A stretch of 64,000 nucleotides of DNA from Lama guanicoe (taxonomy: Eukaryota). Below, in pieces: positions 53,163 to 64,000 of this stretch (its first letter is position 1; every line of letters begins with the position of its first letter). Below the pieces are notes generated by a model. It was given only the letters and a program-made list of their open reading frames with translations. It searched no databases and was not told the origin of the DNA. Both the position numbers and the translations under genes were made by a program. Where the stretch lies: positions 9,745,175 through 9,809,174 of the forward strand of contig MU056000.1 in assembly GCA_013239625.1 (NCBI GenBank), written 5' to 3'.

Positions 53163-53235
53163 CTAGAATATGGAATACGAAAAGTATGTATCATTTAACA
53201 AGTAAATATTCCACTTTTTCCCTGTTTCCTCAATA

Positions 53236-53677
53236 CAGGCATACCTCGGAGATACCACAGGTTCAGGTCCATACCACCATAATAAAGCAAATATCACAAT
53301 AAACCAAGTTACACAATTTTTTTTTTTGGTTTCCTAGTACATACAAAAGTTATGTTTACACTATACTATTCATGGTGCAATAGCATTACATCTTTTAAAA
53401 TTACATACCTTAATTAAAAAATACTCCATTTGCTAAAAAATGCTAACCATCATCTGAGCCTTCAGTGAGTGATAATCTTTTTGCCAGTGGAGGTTTGAAA
53501 TACTGTGAGAATTACTGAAACGTGACACAGCAAAACAATGTGAGCAAATGCTGTTGGAAAAATGGCGCTGAAAGACTTGCTTATTTAACACAGGATCACC
53601 ACATACCTTCAATCTGTAAAAACCTGAATATCTGCTAAATGCATTAAAGCAAAGTGCAATGAAACAAGGCACGGCTG
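53236..53677 (-). mobile_element. Internally deleted Tigger1 (TcMar) derivative
   Basis: ta|caggcatacctcggagat terminal repeat; degenerate opposite end aacaaggcacggctg; both Tigger1 ends within 440 bp. Confidence 0.85.
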
Positions 53678-55275
53678 GACAAGCATTTTGGAAGGCATAA
53701 TGTCTTGGGGTCAGAATAGAAAGATATGCTGGTTGGACTAAAGAAGGCATTTCTGAAACAGAACCGTGTTTAAGAAGTATTGGACAGGGTGCGGAGTGGG
53801 GAAACCGGGAGAGAAGACCAGCACAGAAAAGTGAGCAGACAGCCCAGACTGTGGCTTGCTCTGGGTTTTCAAGGAGAGAAATAAAGGGGACTTCGGGATT
53901 TCCTTTCAATTTGCCAACCTAACTCAGTAGGATAGGAAAGAGAACAGAAATTTCAAAATAAAGTGTATCCTTGGAATATAGAACACTTGGTTATTTAGAA
54001 TATCCTCCACATTTGGAAACTAACAGAGTTTAAACTGAAGGCAAGAAAATTTTCAAAATGTGGCAGAGGTGATGGAATTAAAAAAGAACAAAAGAAGCAT
54101 AAGCGCTCTCGTTATCTGGCAAAGTGATGACTAAGGCGTCGACTGCGAAGCGGTTACGGATGGAGCAGAAGTCTACTCTATGCCAGTCAGCAGCCCCGAC
54201 CATTCCAAGTCACGGTGGTGGTCACAGTCCATGTTTCTTTGGCCTGACTGGCACTGAATGAACTAATTCCACCATCAGGTCTCCAACCCCACCTAAAAGG
54301 GATGCACTGTAGAATTCTCCTGGATGCATTTTTCACCTCATGTGATGACTAGCTTTCCCTCCTAACTGCAGTTTGAGCCTGCAGTGTTGCTGGCCTGTCT
54401 GTTCTAATGTTCTCCAGAGCGACATGGGGGCTGAGAAAGGGTCACTTCTCTGCAGCTGGGGGAAGCTTTCTGGTGTAACCCGGGCTGTGCATTCTGACAA
54501 GGTTTTGTTCAACACCCTTTCTCAGGATTCCCTCTCTGGCAGGGGCTATACTCTATTTCTGTCAGGACTATTCCTGCTTTTGGATTATTTCCCCCAATTT
54601 AGTGGAGACCGTTTTCCCACGTCTGCTGTGGACCTGAGAACCTGGTCCACCAATCCCAGCAGGACTGGTAGGTAGTCCCTCTGCTCTTCCAGCCTCCTGC
54701 TCCTCCTCTCCATGTGATTCTCTCCAAAGTCACTGTGGGCGGGGAGGAGTGGCTCTGGCAAGAATTCTTAGGCTTGTGCCAGAGTCTGTTTATGTTCTTC
54801 CCTGGCATCACTTCTAGAGGCATAGATGAGGCAGGTAAGAAGCTACTGCCGGCCAGCCTAGAATCTCCTGTGTCTTTCCTCGGTTAACATTTTTCAAAAT
54901 ATATGGCTTTTGTCATAACCATTTCTTTTAGTTGATGCTGGTGAGTACATTAAGGATTTAAATAGTGGTTCTTACTTAGGTATTGGGAACTTTCATACCA
55001 GCACTCTTTTCCTAAACTGGACCTAGGTCTTAACTTCAAAATTTTCCATTCCCAGTTTCTGGCACATGATAAACCCTTTAAACATACTTGACAAATGACT
55101 ACACATGTGAACGAATAGATAGAAGACTTTAAAAGCAGACTCAAAAAATTCACGATCTAGTTAAAAGCATAAATTATAAAACACAGTCAAGTGAGAACGT
55201 AAAACGGGGCTATTCTGTCTTATTATCTATAGATTGTGAGATAGAGATATTCATTTTTTAATACCTTGAGCAAAA

Positions 55276-55605
55276 ATTTTTTTTAATTTTTTTAATTGAA
55301 GTACAGTCAACTACAATGTGTCAATTTCTGGTGTACAGAACAATGTCCCAGTCTTGCATAAACATATGTATATTTGCTTTCATATATTTTTCCATTAAAG
55401 GTTATTATAAGATATGGAACATAGTTCCCTGTGCTATACGAAAGAAACTGATTTTTATCTATTTTTATATATAGTGGCTAACATTTGTAAATCTCAAACT
55501 CCCAAATTTATCCCTTCCCACCCTCTTTCCCCAGCAACCATAAGATTGTTTACTATGTCTGCGAGTCTATTTCTGTTTTGAAGATGAGTTCATAGTGTCC
55601 TTTTT
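55276..55605 (-). mobile_element. Short L1 3' end
   Basis: taattgaagtacagtcaactacaatgtgtcaatttctggtgtacag..., same family as 24921 and 47656. Confidence 0.85.
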
Positions 55606-56978
55606 TAAAAAAATAAATAAAAACATTTTAAAATTTAAAAAATAAAATAATTTTTTTAAAAATTCAAAAATTAAAAAAATTGAAAAGCAAATATTTTAAA
55701 AATAAATAAGGCCCACCCTGCCCTGCAGGTGTTCACACACTAGTGGAGGAGAGACCATAGGCGCAATACTGCACTACGGTGAATGCTGGAGAGGAAAGGA
55801 ATGGTGGCAACGGGAGGAGAAAATGCAGAGGAAACGTCACTGCTTTTGAAGATGAGTCTTAGGTGTGGAGCTGGAATTTGATCGAGATCTTGAGTGATGA
55901 CTAGAAGTTTATTATGCAAAGAAGGTGGCACACTGGGCAGGAATTGGGTTAAATTTTAAGAAGAGGGGATCCATCCAATGCACAAAGTCTCTGAGTCAGC
56001 AAAAGGCCTGAGAGGAGATCACAGGGGTGGGAACTTCAGTAGCTTCAGTACCAGGTATGGAAATATTGGGAGATGAGGTAGCAAAGGGTTGTTCAGGGCC
56101 ATATTGGGGACTTGGTTGAATTCCAAACCTCTTTATCCAGCATCACAAGTGTGCCTGTCTCCACAGTACTCCAACCTGTGAATACTGAGCTGAATAAACC
56201 AAGTGCCTGCCCTCACAGAGCTTATGGTCCAGTAGAGAAGAGGAACACAGGTAAGTTCGACGCAACACCTGCTGGGGATGCAATACTGGAGAGGTGCTCT
56301 GGAATCAGGATGTGTTTAATCATAAGCAGTTGACCTTTTCTCTGGAGTACACCCTAAGCAGAGAGCACCACTCTCCAGGAGTAGAGGGGTAGGTACGAAT
56401 TAGATCATAAAAACTATGCACATCATGATCTGAACTTTAACCAAAGAGGCAAAAGAGATATGGCAGAGATATTCTCCATTTTCAAAGAAAATCATTATTT
56501 TAATTAAGAAAGGAACTAAGAGGTATGCTTGGTCTCAGATCACATTGTGTTTTGCTGCAGTTTTCATCTTCAATTCTGTCTTTTGGCTTCTATCATGTCT
56601 TACCACTAGGTCACATATTTCAAGGCTCACACCCACGTAACACAGAGTTTGGATGGAACTGTACACAGAAAGCAAGAGTGTAGAAAAGAGGGTTGGCCTA
56701 GAAAACAGTGAGGAATGTAGCATTTTAGCTCAAAACCTCCAAACATGGATTCTTTGGCCAATCCCAGAACAGACACGTTAGAGGCTGAGAGGGAGGAAAA
56801 ACACGATCAAGGACCCTGTGCTGAAGCACACATGCCTTGAATGTCAAGCCCAAACAAAGTGAAGAAATGCTTGTAACTCATCATCTGTGCTGCAAAACCC
56901 ATAAAGAAGACGGTTCTAGGGAACTTCCTCAAGCATAAGACTAACATAAACAACCTTGTTTCAGTTGGAGCTGTTATG

Positions 56979-57010
56979 AATCTGATTGGCTTTCCCAAGC
57001 CAATCAGATT
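56979..57010. repeat. Perfect inverted repeat, 14-bp arms with 4-nt spacer
   Basis: aatctgattggctt-tccc-aagccaatcagatt. Confidence 0.95.
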
Positions 57011-57809
57011 TTGTCTCCAATAGACACCAACTCAGGAAGCTGCCTTTGATATTATTTATTTAGAAAATGTCTTCCTTTTTGTCTTCTTTCTTGTAATCAT
57101 TAAATATGACAGTATCTCTATTCTTCCTGAGAACAGATTCCTAATTATAAATTAGGAGCTAACTTCAAACTGTTATTTATATTTAGCCTTGGAAGAATAT
57201 TTGTGCTCATAATTCAGTAGAGATGCCTCAGATTCCAAGAATTCAGAGTTTCCAAGCTAAACGTCTTCATGCTAGGGAGAGCCAACCTCAGAACACACTG
57301 TCTTCCTCCTTCTCCCAGACTTACTCCAGCCCAATAGAAATGCCTTCTTCACACTTTTCAGTTTTCAGAGGGAAAGTTGACTAGATAATCTCTAAAACCC
57401 TCTCCATTTCTAAGATTCAGTAATTATTACAGGTGACAATTTGTAATTACAAGATTGTTCCTCATGGTTAAACTTAAGTAATGGAAGACAGCCCCGAACT
57501 GTCTTCTTTCTAATTAAAAGGATGAAGTCTGAAAAAATAATTAACATCAACATAGTGAGAATATCAACAATGGGTTTTTAACAGCATTATCTTCCACCAT
57601 CAATAAATTAGGCCATGTAAGTTATCAGGTAAATAATATATTTTACTTCCAACCTTTGAGGATTAACTGTCTTCTGAACAGAAACTGTAATGACTTGTAT
57701 GACAAAGTAGAAAGGAAACTGCACTTTCCTGGCAAATTGCATTTTCACAGAATTTTCATCCCAGCTCATAGTCAATTGTTTATGCACTATTTTTCATTAT
57801 TGTTCCTAA

Positions 57810-58112
57810 GTGTGGTAAAATACACATAACATAAAATTTACCATCTTAATCATTTGTAAGTGTATAGTCCAATCACAATAAGTACATTCTCATTGTTGTG
57901 CAACCACCACTTCCATTCATCTCCAAAACTCTTCATCATGCAAAAATCAAAATCTGTACTATTAAACACTCCTCATTCCCCTCTACTCAGCCCTCAGCAA
58001 CCAGCATTCTACTTTCCACCTAGAATGTACTCTAGGTACCTCACATAAGTGGAATTATACAGTGTTTGTGCTTTTGTGACTGGCTCATTTCACTTAGCAT
58101 AACGCCTTCAAA
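57810..58112 (-). mobile_element. L1MB-like 3' end
   Basis: gtggtaaaatacacataacataaaatttaccatctt...tacctcacataagtggaatt...gactggctcatttcacttagcataa. Confidence 0.8.
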
Positions 58113-58477
58113 TGCACTATTTTTTATAGTTATCCTTTGCATGATGCAAAAGATAAGCAGACTTTGTGCCTGTGCTCTGGACTCAGATGTCAAGCACATT
58201 CATTCTATGTAATGAAAACACTGTGCTGAAAGCTGTATAGCAACGCTGAATCGAATTATCACATCCCACGTTGGAAGTACACATGCTCTGATTTTAAACC
58301 TATAGGCATGACACGTTGCATTCAGTTTAGAAATTAAATTGGAATGTTAACATTGAGTTTATTTTTAAACTGAATACTCTCTTAGTAGATGAAAATGAAA
58401 GAGGAAGGAAAAAACTTCTGGTGTGAAGGCAAGCGGTCTGCCTCTCTGGAGCGGTGCTACTGGGCGTGGCCACTGAC

Positions 58478-58650
58478 CTTGACTAAGTGAACCATCGCAT
58501 CCGCAAAGAACACCAAATCCATGCCCACGCCACGGATGCTCTCATTATAAAGTTGCAGGAACATATTCAAACGCTCCTTTAGGTGATCAAAAGACTCAAC
58601 TGGCTCATAAATTTTGGGCATCTCAGCATCAGCTTCCTCAGACGTTTCAC
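58478..58650 (-). CDS. DNAH5: DNAH5 coding exon (~exon 52), 173 nt
   Basis: Translated by hand (absent from ORF track): (G)[57 protein letters not shown]; cag/gtcag. Confidence 0.95.
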
Positions 58651-60704
58651 CTGGGATTGGGGAAGATGAATCGACTAAGTTTCTTCACATCACTGGACTT
58701 TACCGCTTCCTTCAACCTAAATTAATACACTCATAGCTCTGCGATTTAGCACGAAATAATACTGATTTTCATCCAAATGTCGTAGTACATATTTTTAGAA
58801 AAGAAAGCAAACAATAGTAGAAGCATTAGAATTTTTCTGATCATATGCAGTCTTAATCCTTCCACATCTACAAAGGGCCAATTTCAGATAATGACATATA
58901 CAGTGAATTTAATTTGAACCCATAATTTACCATTGTCATTTCAAGAATCCTCCCTGAGATATTCACTTAGTGGTCAAAATGAAGATCAAAAAAATAGGGA
59001 TTTAAGGTCAAAATCAGCAAGAGAGATCAAGAATTAAATGATTTTTAAATAAAAAGAAAAAGGTCATTGTATTCACTTAAGAAATTTTTATGATTCAGGA
59101 ATTTGGGGCTAGTGGTGAGGACAGAAGTAAATTTGGGGGATGGAGGTGGAGGGTTGAGAAAAAATAGAAAAATATTTACTAAATAAATAAACTTACTGAA
59201 TTATTTCACTGGGAAAAGTATTAGAACCAATACACTTTTTTAAAAATTATAAACACATAATATACCAGTTTAACACTTCTCCAACTTCAACTTATAAAGC
59301 ATAACGTCAAAGAAAAAGCTAAATTGTACATATAAAAATTTGCTACCAGTTGGCATTAGTCAGGAAACAGTGACACAGTGAATAAACGAATAAAACTTAG
59401 AAATTCACTGGGTACTAGAAAAGTGAGTGGAGCTTCCAAATCTAATAGTTTCAATTGATCCTGTCCTGATATAACAGTGTATTAAACTTTTTATGACATA
59501 GCAAATAAATTGATTTAACATAATCATTAAGATTGGCCTATCTGCAAAGCTCTCACTTTAATTTAATTTCAACAGTTAATTATTTCATAAATGTTCAACT
59601 CAAGCTTTGAGAAACAAAGTGCTTTGAAGTCATGAAAAGGTCTATGTTTGCCAAAACCATCATCTAATTGTTAATCCTTCTGCATTAGAAGAAATTAGAT
59701 ATATAAATTCTAATTACCTTGTAAACGCTCTTACCCTTACACAACTTTTGAATATGTGTGACCTGATTTAAAATAAAACGTGTCAGCTTCTTTCTGTGGA
59801 AGGATCATTCCAACTGCATAGCCAGCAATAAACCTCCTTTTGCAATTGTCACTCAGAGACTTAACAGATCACACACACCCTCATCCAATCTAGTAAAGGG
59901 CTGCCTGGTCATTTTCAATCATTTGGAAGATATAAATAGCATGTGTTTAAATATGCCTTTTTATATATGAAAATTAACTTAAAAGTCACCTCCAGTATTA
60001 GAGAGGCTTCTAAATGAAAGAAAAATGTTCTGCTTTAAGCTCAGTTATTTCTGAGGGAAAAATATAATTGGAATACTGCCTCTTTTTGTAAGAAAAATAG
60101 TATATTTCAATCTTTCATGGAACCATAACCACAAAATCTTGCCTCCAAATCGCCCACCTCATTCTAATTATATTCAGTGGCCCTCTCAGATAATTTGAGG
60201 TTTTTCTTTTTATTTTCAACACCTGGGAATATTCAAGTAATAATGATCATATTTTCGATACCTTTCATTTGGCAGTGAGCACAAGCCACAGACTTCCCAA
60301 GCCATCTACTTGTAACATTTCATCTACTTCCCCCAGGATGCATATGTTAATATTTCCATTTTTATAAAAGAGGAGAATGAGGCTTAAGAAAGTTCAGAGA
60401 CTTGTCCAGCTAATGTGTGGGAGATCCCTTCCTTGATGTGACAGCCGATAAGTCTTGTGCACTTTATTCCCTATCCTGCCTCCAGACTCTACCTTAGTAC
60501 CCAAGACCGATATGCATGAACATGGTTAATCTTTCAGTTCCATGAGTATGCATTTAACCACTTGTTCTATGTTCACTGAGCACCTACTATATCCCAAGCT
60601 TGTTTCAGCAAAGTTTACTAGACAGAAATTCAACATCCCTGAACTGAATCGTCTGTTGTCGGGTATACCTCTAAGGAATTTAGAATTCTGCTTCAGTGGT
60701 TTAC

Positions 60705-60903
60705 CTGTGGCTTCGGGGGCATCCCTCAGGAAATCCACAAAGTAAGTGTCAATTCCACAGTCCACCAAGAGTTTTTTCTCTGCACCAAACTCCTCCTCCA
60801 CCAAGCTGACTAAAGTCCTCTCAAACCAGGTCACATCATCAGACACCGTGAAACGATCCGCTATCACACGTTTGCACTCATGCTTCCACAGCCGTAACAG
60901 TTC
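60705..60903 (-). CDS. DNAH5: DNAH5 coding exon (~exon 51), 199 nt
   Basis: cag/gtaa; [66 protein letters not shown]; phase 0 to 1. Confidence 0.96.
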
Positions 60904-63025
60904 CTGTCAAAATCATTATTAAAACGTGTTACTAATCCCCATGATGCCAGAGTTGGGAATGCAAGTTAACGCTGTCGCAGAGTACTATCCTTCCTGTTCT
61001 AAGAGGCTACATTTTAAAAAGTTAAGGCTGACATTATTGGTTTCCTTTTAATGGGAACAACAGGTCTGGGGGCACATTAGAAAAGATCCTAGACTAACGG
61101 TTTTCATTCGGTATTTTATCACCAAAGGACATTTTTGGTTGCCAAAATGATCTAGGGGACATTACTCGCATTTGCACAAGGGATGAAGAGATATAAAACT
61201 TGTTTTGCACAGTCTTAGTAGACAATAATTTTTCCATGGAAATAACTGCCCTGTTAAATATAAACAAACAAAATTAAATGAAAAGTTAAGGTTAAAATAT
61301 ACTTCATTTCAAATTGGTCCCATGCAAGTATATTAAATAGAAAATATTCATTTTCAGTCTTTAAAACAAAAACATTCCTAGACAAAAATATTAAAATCAT
61401 TCTGAACAACCTACAACCTAATATTCTATGTAAAAGTCTTATGTTTGTGATCAATTAGTCTGTTTGGATAAGACACCTACATTCATGGGTCCAGAGCATA
61501 ACATAAAATGTAGCATATAAACAACTCTCATCATGCAACTGAGATAATTACAAATGTATATTTACTTAACACAATTTGAATGAATGTATGGGAAAAATCT
61601 GAACAAAGCAATCACCTAGTCTACATAATCCAGGGCCCAAAGCTAACTGGAAGTTGAGGGAATTAACTGCTTAATGTATCTGTTCCTATAGCAAGAATAA
61701 CGAATGTTTGTCTAAACTCCTTATTTGATGTGAAAAGACTGGTGGAAATTTCTTAACTTGGTAACATTTTGCAAGTTAGAAGGTTTTTAACCCACTATAT
61801 TACTATTGATAAAATGTTATTGGGTTGCCAGGAAATAAAAGTTTAGTAAAATATTTTTAATGATTCAGTTAAGACAAAAGGTCACAGTAACACCAATTGC
61901 TGGAACTGTTTATGTTGATTTTTTTCAAAGCACCAAAAAACAGCTACTCAAAAAGTAATATTGGAGAACTACATTCCACAATTTAATTTCTCAATAACTT
62001 TGAGGGGGAAAAAAGTCAAATTATAATGTTCATGCTGCTAAAATGACCCCCAATTCTCTGTAAAAAGGAGAGTGAATTTTCCCCAAAATGTCTTATCTTG
62101 GAGTCAGCCAGTGCAGTTACCTACTTTGTGAACATCTGTGGCAAAACTGGGTTGTTGCTTTTTTTAAAGTCAACACCTGATGTGCCTACAGACAGTCTGA
62201 TGGATACCTCGGCTGTCTCTGTGTTTCTGTGGAGAAGTCTCCGAACACCTGCTTGCCTAACCAGCACCTCGGGTCCAGGAAAGTCTGCAAAGGAGGCTGA
62301 TACTGCCATAGCCTGAGTACACAGGCTATACCTGGGCCAAAAAAAAAAGGTGTACTGTGTTTTTATGTATTACATGCATACTGCAATTTACATACTAGAA
62401 TTCCCTTCTAGTTCAAAGGGGATTCTTGTACTGCTGGGAACTGTTATAATCAAGTGTATGTACAAATGCTCCTTTTTCTGTCAAGTGAACATTCTACTCT
62501 TCTGCCTCTTTTCAGTTTTACCAATATTTGTCATTATTTTAGTGCATCTACTTATATGGAGAAGAAAGATCATGGACGATTAACAAAATTGTTTTATTCT
62601 TCAGTTTTGGAAACTTATTTATAATTACTTTTTAAAGTTAAAACGTCAAGTTTATGGTATGAAGTTTGTAAGATGAATAATATGAAGACTCTTAGATAAT
62701 AAAATCAACAGAAATTCTTTCCATTATTTAGTATAAGAAAATTTATCTTATGATGAGAAGATAAAATCAATTATTTCTTTTATTCCATTCATTAGAAAAT
62801 AATACTATTTCCTTAAACATAAACCAAATCTATTGGAATTTTTTAAGAGAAATTTTCTGACGTACTTCTCCCTTACTGATGTCAGTGAAAAGCAGCAAAA
62901 AACAATCCAAGCAAAAATATCCCAAAATATGTTCATAATTCCACTAAATATGACATTACTAAGAATATCTATAGTTTGTAATAAGTAACAATGTTATTTG
63001 CTTTACTCTCTTATGTATCACTTAC

Positions 63026-63249
63026 GTCTGGTTCCTTGATAACCTCTGAAGTAGTGTTCAGCATTCCCTGCCAGATCCTAGAAAGGTCTCGAAGGTTAAA
63101 TACGTAATGGAATTTTGCAGGGGTAGGGAGCATTTTAATCTTAGTCATCTGCCACAATCGGCGTGTCAGAGGAACCAATTTCGTCACTGAATCTCTCACT
63201 TCTTCAGAGTAACCCCTTTGGGTACAGTAGTACCCTCTCCCAATCACAC
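63026..63249 (-). CDS. DNAH5: DNAH5 coding exon (~human exon 50), 224 nt, end of AAA3/lid
   Basis: cag acceptor, gtaag donor; (G)[74 protein letters not shown], containing the dynein [16 protein letters not shown] motif. Confidence 0.96.
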
Positions 63250-64000
63250 CTGAAAAAGGAAAAAAGCCGTAACATTTTCACTGGCAGTTCAAATTCACTA
63301 AATTAAAATGAAAAACATGATAATGTAGAGTACAAATAAACTACACATTTTAATAGATAACCACATATTAAAGAAATTTCTATTATTAATGTTCTTTGAA
63401 GGTTTTTTAAACATCAAAAGTGGATATAGGTTCAAGTAAATTAGCATTCAAATACTGAAAAGTTGATTAAGAAGTTCTACTAAAAACTCTAGCTGAACTA
63501 ATTAAATATTATTAAATGAGTAACAATGATGAATATATAAAATTGCCTTATAAAAAGACAAGAAAAAGGGAGGGTTTGTGAATCCTTTAAGATTTCTCCA
63601 TTCTTTTGTTGCCTTTCCATGCATTATAAAATATTTTAGTTTACTTTATAGGTAAACTTTTCCAAGCAAAAAAAGAATAATTAAAAGTGGTAACAGTCCC
63701 TCTTTCTGGTCCATTTTACTTCTCCCAAGTTCAGGCAATTCCCACGTCATTTGGTTTCCAAACCTTTGCCCACTGCTGTGATTGAAGGCAGATACTGTCA
63801 TATGCCACTAGCCTGGGTGGCTAAGATGACATTCTAGTTGGCCAGAAAATAATTAGGCTAATCCTAATGAGTTTGTTCTCAGTCCCAGTTTCAGAAATGG
63901 TAAATTAATACCTAACACGAATGCATGAATAACTTTATACTCTTTTTCTGAAAAGAATGATTCCACGATCAGTTTCTAAACTCATTTTCATTACTCAGTT

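Noticed and set aside
53433..53909. 158-aa ORF
   Set aside because: Runs across a Tigger1 end and flanking intron; no recognisable protein or transposase core.
1430..63249. Possibility that the gene is the paralogue DNAH8 or a pseudogene
   Set aside because: Peptides and exon sizes match my recollection of DNAH5, and all 21 exons are open and in phase when one copy of exon 69 is used.

Overview
Mammalian genomic DNA, probably camelid (a Vic-1-like tRNA-derived SINE and camelid-type L1 3' ends). The whole window lies inside one large minus-strand gene, axonemal dynein heavy chain 5 (DNAH5). I traced 21 consecutive coding exons (3,809 nt spliced), all with GT-AG boundaries and consistent phases. 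Their sizes match my recollection of human exons 50-70, covering the end of AAA3, AAA4, the stalk/MTBD, AAA5 and the region before AAA6. The introns contain L1, L2/MIR, LTR/ERV and DNA-transposon relics plus microsatellites. The most notable observation is a near-perfect 2,881-bp tandem duplication (1791-4671 / 4673-7553) that doubles the 122-nt exon 69. Including both copies predicts a frameshift and a stop after six codons. It is either a very recent loss-of-function or splice-rescued allele, or an assembly artefact. Secondary points are a sense-oriented ERV remnant (env TM tail, PPT and 3' LTR), a twin-primed L1 micro-insertion, a perfect hairpin made of two CCAAT boxes, and a probable Gly>Ser change in AAA5. 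I see no evidence of a wholly new gene system. Exon numbers and repeat family names come from memory, not from database searches.
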